A DNA stretch of 64,000 nt from Candidatus Babeliales bacterium (lineage in GTDB: Bacteria; Babelota; Babeliae; Babelales; Vermiphilaceae), in the NCBI GenBank assembly GCA_963743635.1, contig CAVUQO010000002.1, forward strand, positions 352,001 to 416,000, in the 5' to 3' direction. Shown piece after piece: positions 1 through 9,930 of this stretch (positions are counted from its first letter, which is position 1; every line of letters begins with the position of its first letter). The translations under genes were made by a program, and so were the position numbers. The notes under the pieces are model-generated. The model was not told where the DNA came from. It saw only the letters and a program-made list of their open reading frames with translations, and did no database searches.

Positions 1-30
1 AAAATGAATATGTGCTTTTTTGCGATACAT
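1..30 (-). CDS. murC: 5' end of probable UDP-N-acetylmuramate--L-alanine ligase (runs off window)
   Basis: Reverse strand reads MYRKKAHIHF, matching the MurC N-terminal 'HIHFIGIGG' start; only 10 codons visible. Confidence 0.5.
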   Translation of the reverse strand, partial: MYRKKAHIHF

Positions 31-58
31 GGAATATATCTCTCGATAGCAGGGATAG

Positions 59-414
59 TTAGAGTAGTTTTTGCAGTTTTACCAGACGTGCACGAATATC
101 AAGGAGTTGTTTTTTAACGTCACTTGGTAATGGTCCGTGCTCGTGATGGTAGTTCGTTTTGACGCAATAATATCTTTTTTAGATGTTGCGCCGAGTTTTT
201 GTTTTGCACCTGCAATGGTGAAACCTTGTTTGTAGAGTAATTCTTTGATGTATTCGAAGGTTGCAAGATCTTTACCTTCATAGAACCGTTGTCCGCCCTT
301 TGAGCGCGTTCCTCTGAGGTTAAATTCTTTTTCCCAAAAACGAATAACAAATCGTTCTACATTGAGTTGTTTGGCTAGGTCGCCAATACGGAATTGCTTT
401 CGCTGCATTTTCAT
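59..414 (-). CDS. MerR-family HTH transcriptional regulator (probable 1-nt error near 3' end)
   Basis: FRIGDLAKQLNVERFVIRFWEKEF...GGQRFY MerR HTH; a shifted frame continues QLLDIRARLVKLQKLL to TAA at 59-61. Confidence 0.8.
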
Positions 415-600
415 AATAAGTCCTTTTTAGTTTAAACTTGAACCAGTATAGCACTGTTTTTGTACTGGCGTAATGTAATTTTCCTTGATATCATAAGGAT
501 TGTTACAGATTTATTCAACCTGGTGGTTTCTAACAGTAATAAATATCAATGCTATTTCGCAATAGTCGAATTAAATATTAAGGTAATTTAAGGTATCATT

Positions 601-2138
601 ATGAACACAAAAGATCTATTAGTTGTGATGGTTTTAGCGTTGGTGACAACATGGTCCGTTGATTATTTTTTTTATGGCAGGAAGCCATTTCAACGCACAA
701 GCGAGTCTGGTCAGTCGGGTCAGCAGTTCCATGTGCCGGAACAAAAACGTGAATTATCCCCCCTCAATCGTGAAATAGATTTTATCTGTACTGAGCGCTC
801 TCAGCCAGCAGAATGTTATACTGTGGAAACGGAATATGCCTCATACGTATTCTCAACCGATGGCGGATCAATCGATTGCGTGACTTTCAAAGAAGTTCGC
901 GATGGCGCTACGATTGAATTAAATACCATACATTCCGAAGATGATACCAATCGAACACAACGTTGCTTCTTGCTTGCGCTCAACGAAAAGACTCCATACT
1001 TCTACACTTTGCATGAACATCGAGACCTCGATGATCAGGTGATCGTATCCTACAAGGCAGAAACGCCTGAGGTGTCAGTGCTTAAAACATTTACCATTTC
1101 GAAACTTACCTATCGCATTGATGTTGCCATTGCGCTGACTCCTAAAAAAGGTGAGATTAAACCGCGTCTCGTATTTCCATCGCCATTTATGCGCGCAATT
1201 CAGGAGCATGATAAGCTCTCTGCGGTTATGAGCAACCAACAAGGGGGTGTGGATATAGAAAAAACATTGAAGAATTTGGATGAAACTGGTTGGTTTGAGC
1301 CAACGCTCTTTGGTACTGCAAACAAATATTTCGTGCATGCAATGGTCAAGGATGAAGGTAATTTCGCCCATCGCGCTTACTACAGTCAGCTTGGCAACGA
1401 ACAGTTGTTGACCTTCCTTGAAGGCCCAACGATTAGTGAACCAACAACGTGGAACCTCTCATTCTACCTCGGGCCTAAGACTGAAGAAGCAATGAGTCCG
1501 GTCGATCCACGCCTTGAAAAAACACTCGATTATGCCGGATTATTGACGCCGATTTCTCAAGCGTTATTAAAATTGATGAAGCTCTTGCATTATTATTTAC
1601 ACAATTATGGTTTGGTGATTATTGCCATTACGGCACTCCTCAAGCTCATCTTATTGCCATTCACGATTGGCGGCGATAAAAAGGCGAAAGAACATGCAGA
1701 GTTCCAACGCAAGATGGCCTACATTCAAAAGAAATATAAAGACGATCAAGAAAGGCTCAAAGAAGAGCAAGCTGCATTGATTAAAAAGTATGGTCTTCCA
1801 GGTTTGCAGCGGATGTTTGCCGATGTTCATTCAGTTGCCGATATTCTTTGCATTAAATCCGATTTTGGGCAGTTCATTGCATCTCTATAAAGCGCCATTT
1901 TTATGGATTCCTGATTTATCAGCACGTGATCCATATTTCATATTGCCGGTGCTTATCGTGCTTTGCATGGTGATCCAGGCGTTGACGATGGATAAACAAG
2001 GCCGTTTGCCAGCATTGGCAATTGCATTAGTAATTGCAGCAGTTTCGATTAACTTTTCAGCAGGACTTTCGCTTGTATATTTTCACCAGCGCTTTATTGG
2101 GATTATTGCAATCGATGATACAAAAGAGGTTGGCGTAA
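601..2138 (+). CDS. yidC: Membrane protein insertase YidC (split by two apparent indels)
   Basis: N-terminal TM, periplasmic domain, [19 protein letters not shown], then [15 protein letters not shown] and [17 protein letters not shown] in the next frame. Confidence 0.92.
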
Positions 2139-2141
2139 TCT

Positions 2142-2745
2142 ATGGTACACAATGTCCCGTCCCTTGCGCAGCTGATTAAAACGTTGCAGCAGGTGCCGTA
2201 TTTAGCATCGAAAAATATCTATAAAGTTGCGAATCACTTTCTTCATATGGATGAAAAAAAGATCGAGCAATTTTGTGCGGTATTGCGCGATGCAAAGGCC
2301 AAGATCACGCAGTGCGATGTATGCGCCGCATGGCAAGAAAAGGGACATCCGTGTACGCTCTGTACCTCTCCAAAACGTGATCAATCTATTGTGTGCGTCG
2401 TTGAAACATGGCAGGAGTTTCTCGCCATTGAAAAGACGGGCGGTTACACCGGTGCCTATCACATTTTGGGCGGTGCAATTTCTCCGCTTAGAGGGCGTTG
2501 GTCCCGAAGATTTAACCATTGAACGTTTAGTGCGTCGGGTGCAAGAGGGAACCGTCAAAGAAGTTATTCTTGCAACCAATAACACGCCAGAAGGTGAAGC
2601 AACGGCTTCATTTATTGCCAGTAAAATCAAAAACATGCAGGTGCCGATCACGTGTTTAGCGCGCGGAGTTCCCGTTGGCTCATCATTGGAATATATGGAT
2701 CGAGTTACGGTGTATAAAGCGCTTTCAGATCGTCGCCCATTTTAG
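2142..2745 (+). CDS. recR: Recombination mediator RecR (frameshift near 2490)
   Basis: CDVC..CTLC zinc finger, [11 protein letters not shown], then GVGPEDL...[16 protein letters not shown]...ARGVPVG TOPRIM domain. Confidence 0.93.
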
Positions 2746-2751
2746 CTAAGG

Positions 2752-4065
2752 ATGCAGAGCATGAATCCCGAATTATATCGTAGTCGTAGAAATGAATTAC
2801 TTGAAAAGATACGCGAAGCGCATCCTGATAAAAAAGACGGCGCACTCGTCCTTTTTGCAGGATTTGAGCATGACGGCAGTGCGTTTCGCCAAGAAGGTTC
2901 ATTCTTTTATCTGACTGGCATTCGTGAACCGGGTGTAGCCTTATACGTAGACCTTGATGGAACTTCAACGTTATACATTCCCAACTGCGGCGAAACGCGC
3001 GCAAAATGGGTTATGGAAACTATTCCATTAACGCAAGAAAATGCTGATGAGTTGGGCGTTGATTATGTAAAGCCGCTTGGCGCACAATGCGTGAGTTATT
3101 CATTTCATCCATTTTTCCCTCAAGCAGAATATGAACATTTGCTCGCAGCACTTTCAGGAGTGCATGGCCGCGGCGGTTCGATCTTTACGCTGGCACCAAA
3201 CGATCAACGCAGTTGCGTTGAACAGCGCTTACTGCTCAAACGTTTAGAAGAATTTGTGCCAGGCATCCTTCAACCCGATCGTGGTGAGCAGAGTCGAACC
3301 ATCGTTGATGTATTGCCAATCATTGCGCATATGCGCCGCATCAAGAGCCAAGAAGAGATCGAATATCTCTATAAAGCAATTGAGATTACGGCACTCGCGC
3401 AGGAAGCTGCAGCTCATGCAATTGCAGATGGCGTGCGTGAATGTGAAGTGCAGGCAGGGCTTGAATACATTATTACCGGCTCAGCTTCGCGCACTACATT
3501 CCCTTCAATCGTGGCCACTGGTAAGAACGCAACGGTATTGCACTATAACATCAATCGCGACACGCTTATCGATGGTGATTTAGTGGTTGTCGATTGCGGT
3601 GCAGAATATGATTATTACTGCGCTGATATTACGCGAACCTATCCGGTTTCGGGTAAATTCACGGCGCGGCAAAAAGAGCTCTATACGATTGTGTTAGAGA
3701 CGCAGGAATATATCGCTTCCATTGCAAAGCCAGGCATGTGGCTCAACAATAAAGAAAAGCCGGATCAATCGCTCAATCATTTGACGAAGAAATTCTTGAA
3801 AGATAAAGGCGGCTACGATGAATATATGCCGCATGGCATCGGCCATTTCTTGGGCATCGATGTACATGATGTCGGTGATGTTTCAAAGCCGCTCGAAGAA
3901 GGTGACGTGATCACCATCGAACCGGGCGTTTATATCCCACAAGAAGGAATCGGCATTCGTATCGAAGATGATTATTGGATTGTTAAAGACGGCGCGGTCT
4001 GCTTGAGCGAAGATATCCCGAAAAGTATCAAAGAGATTGAAGCGCTCGTTAAAAAGACGCTATAA
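2752..4065 (+). CDS. pepP: Xaa-Pro aminopeptidase (M24B)
   Basis: FRQEGSFFYLTG N-domain; DCGAEY..ADITRT, HGIGHFLGIDVHD, TIEPGVY, GIRIEDD metal motifs. Confidence 0.93.
   Translation: MQSMNPELYRSRRNELLEKIREAHPDKKDGALVLFAGFEHDGSAFRQEGSFFYLTGIREPGVALYVDLDGTSTLYIPNCGETRAKWVMETIPLTQENADELGVDYVKPLGAQCVSYSFHPFFPQAEYEHLLAALSGVHGRGGSIFTLAPNDQRSCVEQRLLLKRLEEFVPGILQPDRGEQSRTIVDVLPIIAHMRRIKSQEEIEYLYKAIEITALAQEAAAHAIADGVRECEVQAGLEYIITGSASRTTFPSIVATGKNATVLHYNINRDTLIDGDLVVVDCGAEYDYYCADITRTYPVSGKFTARQKELYTIVLETQEYIASIAKPGMWLNNKEKPDQSLNHLTKKFLKDKGGYDEYMPHGIGHFLGIDVHDVGDVSKPLEEGDVITIEPGVYIPQEGIGIRIEDDYWIVKDGAVCLSEDIPKSIKEIEALVKKTL
3274..3300 (+). repeat. Palindromic element (type A variant) inserted in frame in pepP, encoding PDRGEQSRT
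   Basis: cccgatcgtggtgagcagagtcgaacc resembles the intergenic copy cccgttcatggtgag...tatcgaacca at about 31377-31411; 27 nt. Confidence 0.6.
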
Positions 4066-4085
4066 ATAATAACGTTAATGTAAAA

Positions 4086-4121
4086 TAAAGAAGGCTCCCG
4101 ATGAAGGAGCCTTCTTTATTT
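4086..4121. terminator. Bidirectional intrinsic terminator between convergent genes
   Basis: ataaagaaggctcc-cgatgaa-ggagccttctttatt hairpin with A/T tails. Confidence 0.85.
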
Positions 4122-4136
4122 GAGTGCGAACTTGAA

Positions 4137-4442
4137 TTATATATTGAGTGCATCAATGGCAGATTCAGCAGCATTTATAGCCATGCCGAGTGGAATGGTT
4201 ATTACAGTGGCAGCAATGAGGAGATGTGTGGCTGATAGTCCTCCTCTGTCGAGGCTTAGAGGATGTGTTGTGCGTGGCGCGACACATCCTTCATACATTA
4301 TGACGGCTGCTGCGCCTGCAGCATTGATAGATATGAAGGCGCCGGCCTTTGCTAGTGTGCATAACATACTCTCGTCACGACCGGCATGCGCCATAGGAAT
4401 GTTCAAGCAGAGTGCGAGTGCGGTGATTTGTAATAATTTCAT
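4137..4442 (-). CDS. Small exported/membrane protein, shared-signal trio member 3
   Basis: MKLLQITALALCLNIPMAHA signal, then two hydrophobic segments. Confidence 0.7.
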   Translation of the reverse strand: MKLLQITALALCLNIPMAHAGRDESMLCTLAKAGAFISINAAGAAAVIMYEGCVAPRTTHPLSLDRGGLSATHLLIAATVITIPLGMAINAAESAIDALNI

Positions 4443-4472
4443 AGGTTTCCTTTTGATTTTTTTTAAAGAGGT

Positions 4473-4838
4473 TTAGTTACATTTATTGTTATAGGCTATA
4501 GATTCGCAAGTCGTCATATAAATCCAGAAACCCGTTGCAAAGGCTGCGCCAACTGCGGCACATACAAAACCTTTTCGTATGTCATGCAAGGTATTGTTCT
4601 CTGGGGTTTGAGTTGTGTGTGTTGGAAGAAGAGGAGTATTTTCACGTGATGTGTTAAGAGCGGAGTTAATGCAATACATTCCATAGAGCCCCAATACAGA
4701 GGCGGCGCCGATCATTATGCTAAATGCTTCGAGTGAGTCCTCTCTTCCAAATCGCGAATAGCATCCTTGCTCGTCATTTGCAAGTGCCATGGGAGTATTT
4801 AAGCAGAGTGCAAGTGCGGTGATTTGTAATAATTTCAT
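4473..4838 (-). CDS. Small exported/membrane protein, shared-signal trio member 2
   Basis: MKLLQITALALCLNTPMALA signal, GAGG RBS, two hydrophobic segments. Confidence 0.72.
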   Translation of the reverse strand: MKLLQITALALCLNTPMALANDEQGCYSRFGREDSLEAFSIMIGAASVLGLYGMYCINSALNTSRENTPLLPTHTTQTPENNTLHDIRKGFVCAAVGAAFATGFWIYMTTCESIAYNNKCN

Positions 4839-4850
4839 GTATTAAACCTC

Positions 4851-5189
4851 TCAGTCCCATTCTTCACGCATGATATATTTGTACATGATAGAACTAATGC
4901 CAAGTAATCCGCCAGCCGTAAGATTTGCCGCTGCCTGGACACAGGCAACATCCTTTTGATATTGAATGTTGTATCGTTGTTCTGGAGTGAGATCTGTTTT
5001 TTTTAATTGGTTGTTATAGTGCCGAATATTCCATGCCTCCACGATGCCTGTAGCGACGAGATGGCTGGAGGCTATCGCGCCAACCCAATAAGTAGCCCTA
5101 ACATTAAGGGGTGAAATTTTGCCGTCATTGGCATGAGCTACGGGAATATTCAAGCAAAGTATGAGTGCGGTGATATGTAACAATTTCAT
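4851..5189 (-). CDS. Small exported/membrane protein, shared-signal trio member 1
   Basis: MKLLHITALILCLNIPVAHA signal, two hydrophobic segments. Confidence 0.72.
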   Translation of the reverse strand: MKLLHITALILCLNIPVAHANDGKISPLNVRATYWVGAIASSHLVATGIVEAWNIRHYNNQLKKTDLTPEQRYNIQYQKDVACVQAAANLTAGGLLGISSIMYKYIMREEWD

Positions 5190-5202
5190 GATCGTTTTTT
5201 CG

Positions 5203-6801
5203 TTATGCTTTGGGTTTGTGGAGTATATGTATGCCGGTGAGCATGAGCAAGCAAAGGGTTAATCCGATGCTCATGGAGATGAGCGCGTTGGTGCTGGTGC
5301 TATAACCGGTTAACTGTCCTGAGATTAAAAATGCAATGCCGGTGCATATAATCGTTGGCAGTGCATAAAAAATTTGCGTATATGCATGATCCAAGGGATA
5401 TGATGTGGTGCTCGTTGCCGCCATGATAGTGGTTTCAGAAATAGGTGATACGTGATCACCGCAGACTGCACCAGAAAATATGGCACCAATAACCGGAAAC
5501 AAGAGCGGAATATCAGATGGTTCAAGTGGGAGCGGGAGTGATGTGGTAGCTACGAGCATTGGAATCGCGATAGGAAGCAATAATGCGATCGTGCCCCAGG
5601 AAGTCCCGGTCATGACTGCAGTGATAACCGCCACTACGAAGAATGCAAACGGAAGCATCATAATGCTCATGCTATGCAGTAACGTTGCTGCTAAATAGTC
5701 ACCGGTATGCAAATCATCTTTGAGCAATGCGCCGAGTACCGATGCAAGGGTGATCATGATGATTGCCTGAATCATAAGCTCAAAACCTTCGTATACCAAC
5801 GTTGGTATGGCCGTGATAGCAATGCGTTTGCGTATGAGTGCGCTGATAAAGCTCACTATTAAACTTCCGAGCCCTGCAAAGAATAACACCGCAAAGGTAT
5901 TATCATTGTGTTGGAGTGCTTCCAGAACTGAGTTGGGCCCGCCAAAAATGAAGCAATCGCCTTTATATAAAATGCCTAAAATAACGCTTGCGATGAGCAG
6001 CGTGAGCGGAAAAATAAGATCAAAGAGCGAGCTGTGCATATGATGCTGAGTTGGGAGCGTGGCGATAGGTGAGGGTTTGCCGCCTAAAAGATTGCCCGTT
6101 TGCGCAGCGATGAGTTCATGTTTTTGCATGGGTCCATAAGAAATCTGGTAATGAATAATGAACCATATCGATGCGATTAAGATGATTGAATAAAAAATAA
6201 ACGGTATCGAGTTCAAGTAAATAAAGAATGGATTGGCGTAAATTTTAAGGCTAGCGCCTGCTTCCTGACCTACGCCTGCATAGTGCAGGTTGCTCGTAAT
6301 CATGGCAACCCAGCTTGAGATGGGCACTAAAATTACAAGAGGTCCTGAAAGAGAATGCACCAAAAAAGCAAGTTTTGAGCGGGGAATGCCTACATGATCA
6401 GTGAGGGGACGCATGACGGTGCCCACGGTCAGATTACTTAAATAATCGTCGATAAAAAGAACCATGGAGAGAAAAAAGGAATAACGCTCAGCGGAAGACT
6501 TTCTTTTGAGTCGGGGCGCAATCGTTTTGGCGAGTGCTTGAACGCCGCCGGTGTAGGCAATGAGCGTAATAAGGCTGCCGATAATGATCAGAAAGCCAAA
6601 GGAATAGAAGGTATCAATGTCGGCTACTTTTTCAAAAAAACGTTTGGCGAGCAGGGTAATCGATCCAACAAGAGAAGCATCAGCGGCTATAAATGCGGCT
6701 GAAACGAGCCCGACAATCAGGGAAGGGTTCAATTTGCGGGTAATGCAGGCGGTAATGAGGACGAGCAAGGGAGGGATTACCGACACGAAACAATTCTGCA
6801 T
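5203..6801 (-). CDS. Na+/H+ antiporter NhaC-family transporter
   Basis: FIDDYLSNLTVG, VPISSW, TGTSWGT, GAVCGDHVSPISETTIM motifs; polytopic. Confidence 0.88.
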   Translation of the reverse strand: MQNCFVSVIPPLLVLITACITRKLNPSLIVGLVSAAFIAADASLVGSITLLAKRFFEKVADIDTFYSFGFLIIIGSLITLIAYTGGVQALAKTIAPRLKRKSSAERYSFFLSMVLFIDDYLSNLTVGTVMRPLTDHVGIPRSKLAFLVHSLSGPLVILVPISSWVAMITSNLHYAGVGQEAGASLKIYANPFFIYLNSIPFIFYSIILIASIWFIIHYQISYGPMQKHELIAAQTGNLLGGKPSPIATLPTQHHMHSSLFDLIFPLTLLIASVILGILYKGDCFIFGGPNSVLEALQHNDNTFAVLFFAGLGSLIVSFISALIRKRIAITAIPTLVYEGFELMIQAIIMITLASVLGALLKDDLHTGDYLAATLLHSMSIMMLPFAFFVVAVITAVMTGTSWGTIALLLPIAIPMLVATTSLPLPLEPSDIPLLFPVIGAIFSGAVCGDHVSPISETTIMAATSTTSYPLDHAYTQIFYALPTIICTGIAFLISGQLTGYSTSTNALISMSIGLTLCLLMLTGIHILHKPKA

Positions 6802-6958
6802 ACAATCCTTTGAAAATAATTAAGGAGAATAATAGAGACGATACTGGCAAATAGAGTATCATGAAAAAGGTTTTATCAGAAGGTTTTGTTTGACCAAATG
6901 GTTCTTTTACTTTACAGTTATAGAGATTCCGTTCTTCTCGTTCTTCCAAGGCCTCTAT

Positions 6959-6999
6959 CCCGTTCGTCTTGAGGCGGAGCGTAGCGAAGATCGAAGGAT
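6959..6999 (+). repeat. Type A palindromic (REP-like) element
   Basis: cccgttcgtcttgag-[gcggagcgtagcgaaga]-tcgaagga. Confidence 0.7.
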
Positions 7000-7050
7000 A
7001 AAAAAAATTAGTCTTGATACAGAACACAAAAGAACAAAAGGTTCCTTATT

Positions 7051-7476
7051 ATGGATATGAATAAAGCTTTTTTCCTGAAAAATGAAGCACGCAAGCCGCG
7101 TTGGAAGCTAATTGACGCTAAGGGTAAAACCGTTGGTCGTTTGGCAACTCTTATCGCAGATACATTGCGCGGAAAAGACAAGGCTGAGTACACCCCGCAT
7201 ACAGACACTGGTGACTACGTAGTAGTTATCAATGTTGAGCACGTTGTGTTCACTGGTGATAAGTGGAATGACAAGATTTATGACCGCTACACAGGTTGGA
7301 TGGGTGGCTACAAAGTGGTTTCGGCTAAAGATATGCGCAAAAATCATCCAGAGCGCATTCTAGAGCAAGCAGTCAAAGGTATGTTGCCTAAGAACAAGCT
7401 TAATCGCCAAATCATCAAAAAGCTTAAACTTTATGCAGGTGCTGAGCACCCTCATAAAGCGCAAGTAACTTTATAG
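7051..7476 (+). CDS. rplM: 50S ribosomal protein L13
   Basis: WKLIDAKGKTVGRLAT..LRGKDKAEYTPHTDTGDYVVVIN. Confidence 0.97.
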   Translation: MDMNKAFFLKNEARKPRWKLIDAKGKTVGRLATLIADTLRGKDKAEYTPHTDTGDYVVVINVEHVVFTGDKWNDKIYDRYTGWMGGYKVVSAKDMRKNHPERILEQAVKGMLPKNKLNRQIIKKLKLYAGAEHPHKAQVTL

Positions 7477-7501
7477 TTCTGAGCGTTGCTTAAAAAATAC
7501 G

Positions 7502-7538
7502 AAAACCGGCAGGATTAATTTCCTGCCGGTTTTTTTTG
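7502..7538 (+). terminator. Intrinsic terminator after rplM
   Basis: aaaaccggcagga-ttaat-ttcctgccggttttttttt. Confidence 0.9.
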
Positions 7539-7591
7539 ATACTTTTTTTAACGGAAATTTGATCTAGTGCCGCAAGGGTAAAATCAAACTC

Positions 7592-8710
7592 TTACAGCGT
7601 AATGCCTATCATTCTGCAAATGTCATTGTAGGTTAAATACAGGGTAAGCGCGAGAATGCAAAGCCAGCTGGCGATGTGGATATACTCTTTTACTTGGTAA
7701 GGGAGTGGACGTCCTACAACCGCTTCGATGGTGTAAAATAGTATTTGGCCACCATCCAAAATAGGGAGCGGAATCAGGTTCAATACAGCCAAGTTAATGC
7801 TAATTACGGCAAGAAGGAAAATGAACGTTCCAAAGCCTTTGGTAGCACTGGTAGCCGTTTGTTGAATCATGCCAATCGGACCGCCCATGCCGGTGGTATC
7901 GAAAGTCTTGAAAATGCGCACGAATTGGTAGGCGGTATTTTTGATGTATGCATTGGCCATGCGGATACCTTGAGCGATAGACGCGCCCAGTGAGGCGCCA
8001 GGGACTGCTGCAATGTTAAATACTACTCCTAGAAAGGAAGTTGAGCCAAAATGGACGTTCACGGTATATTGTTCATTATTGCGCAGATAAGTTATCTGAT
8101 TTTCTATTTTTGGCGCATTAGTATCGGCTGCAGCTTCCTGAGCTTTGGCAGCGGCCGCTCGCATTGCTTGCACAAGCGTGAAAACATCACCATTGATTGC
8201 TTGGCCGTCAAAGGCGGTAATGGTATCTCCAGCCTGTAATCCTGCTTGAGAAGCCAACGATCCATCCTCGATATGGCTAATGGTAGGCGTTGCATTGAAG
8301 GGGTAGAGCATTTTAGAGTCAGGTAACCCGAGGCCACAGAGTGCAATGAGGGCGGTATAGGCAAAGATCAGGTTAAACATGATGCCGCCAAACATGACGA
8401 GCATTTTTTGATAGTAGGGCTTGCGGGCGAACGATCGATCATCGGCGCTTTGGGCATATTCTTGGTCGCCTTGGCCAACTTCAGCTGCTCCTGCAATTTC
8501 CACGTAGCCGCCAAGGGGGATCGCAGAAAGAGAGAATTCGGTGTCTCCAATGCGTTTGCTAATGAGCTTGGGGCCGAACCCTATCGAAAATGAGGGAGTA
8601 TGGATATTAAACAGCTTGCAAAAGAGAAAATGACCCAGTTCGTGAAAGCCTATTAGAAAGCCGACGCCAATAAGAGCGGGTAATATGAATAAAATATTGG
8701 TAAAATTCAT
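7592..8710 (-). CDS. rseP: RIP metalloprotease RseP (M50, PDZ)
   Basis: HELGH, FSIGFGP, IPLGGYV, PDZ, NLIPLPILDGG. Confidence 0.93.
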   Translation of the reverse strand: MNFTNILFILPALIGVGFLIGFHELGHFLFCKLFNIHTPSFSIGFGPKLISKRIGDTEFSLSAIPLGGYVEIAGAAEVGQGDQEYAQSADDRSFARKPYYQKMLVMFGGIMFNLIFAYTALIALCGLGLPDSKMLYPFNATPTISHIEDGSLASQAGLQAGDTITAFDGQAINGDVFTLVQAMRAAAAKAQEAAADTNAPKIENQITYLRNNEQYTVNVHFGSTSFLGVVFNIAAVPGASLGASIAQGIRMANAYIKNTAYQFVRIFKTFDTTGMGGPIGMIQQTATSATKGFGTFIFLLAVISINLAVLNLIPLPILDGGQILFYTIEAVVGRPLPYQVKEYIHIASWLCILALTLYLTYNDICRMIGITL

Positions 8711-8889
8711 AGATAATCCTTATACTAAGATACGAATAGAGAAATAAACTTTCATAAAGTTACCATCAAAGGTGTTATTCGTCTATAAAGTATCGCAAGA
8801 ACTAAAATTGCTTATTTGTATAAAGAACCCTCTGAGAGCGCGAGGGATAGCAGTTTCTTCTTTACCTGGATGACACTTGTATAATTTTC

Positions 8890-8917
8890 TTGAAAAAAAT
8901 TACAAAAAAGGTACACT
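8890..8917 (+). promoter_or_regulatory. Putative sigma70 promoter of str operon
   Basis: TTGAAA-16 nt-TACACT upstream of rpsL. Confidence 0.45.
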
Positions 8918-9022
8918 ACTAAGGACCTTCATGTCCCATTTTTTGTGCCAATAGCGCCTCAAAATGCGGTTTTTGAACTAAAGATATTACACGTTTTTCT
9001 AAAAATATAGGAACGGTTTACT

Positions 9023-9400
9023 ATGCCAACAATGAATCAACTTTGTCGATTTGGCAGAATCAGGCTTAAAATGAAGACCAAGAGCCCTGCGCTCAAAGGT
9101 GCTCCGCAAGCGCGTGGTGTGTGTACTCGTGTATTCACGCAAACGCCAAAAAAACCAAACTCAGCACTTCGAAAAGTTGCGCGTGTTAAGCTTTCAACGG
9201 GAATCGAAGTAACTGCGTATATTCCGGGCGAAGGCCACAATTTGCAAGAACACTCTGTGGTGTTAGTGCGTGGTGGCAGGGTAAAAGATTTGCCGGGTGT
9301 AAAATATCATATCGTTCGTGGTGCGCTTGATGCTGCCGGTGTTGAAAAGAGAAAGCAATCTCGTTCACTCTATGGTACCAAGATGCCAAAAGCTTCGTAA
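9023..9400 (+). CDS. rpsL: 30S ribosomal protein S12
   Basis: [22 protein letters not shown]. Confidence 0.99.
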   Translation: MPTMNQLCRFGRIRLKMKTKSPALKGAPQARGVCTRVFTQTPKKPNSALRKVARVKLSTGIEVTAYIPGEGHNLQEHSVVLVRGGRVKDLPGVKYHIVRGALDAAGVEKRKQSRSLYGTKMPKAS

Positions 9401-9429
9401 CGAAATACAAATTATAAAGGATCTATGCT

Positions 9430-9912
9430 ATGCCTAGGCGCAAAAGAGAATTGAACAAACGAGTAATTGTTCCAGACTATCGTTATAACTCAGAGCTTAT
9501 TGAACGATTTATTAATGTAATTATGGAATGCGGCAAGAAAAGTACTGCGCGCGCCATAGTATATGATGCAATGGATATCCTTGCGACTAAAGCAAGTGGT
9601 GACAAGGCAAAGACTCTTGAAATGTTCAATAAAGCATACAACAACGTTGTTCCAGCTGTAGAAGTTCGCCCACGTAGAGTTGGTGGTAGTGTGTATCAAA
9701 TTCCTACCGAAGTTCGCCCAGATCGTGCGCGTGCATTAGCCCTCCGTTGGTTAAAGCAAGCTGCGCAAGAACGCACTGGTAAAACTATGGGTAACCGTTT
9801 GGCTCACGAATTGCTTGATGCTGTTGAAGGTCGTGGTGCTGCAGTGAAGAAAAAATCAGATGTCCACAGAATGGCTGAATCAAATCGTGCGTTCTCGCAT
9901 TTTGCTTGGTAG
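9430..9912 (+). CDS. rpsG: 30S ribosomal protein S7
   Basis: RRVGGSVYQIP, HRMAESNRAFSH. Confidence 0.99.
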   Translation: MPRRKRELNKRVIVPDYRYNSELIERFINVIMECGKKSTARAIVYDAMDILATKASGDKAKTLEMFNKAYNNVVPAVEVRPRRVGGSVYQIPTEVRPDRARALALRWLKQAAQERTGKTMGNRLAHELLDAVEGRGAAVKKKSDVHRMAESNRAFSHFAW

Positions 9913-9930
9913 TTGTAAAGGTTTTACAAA

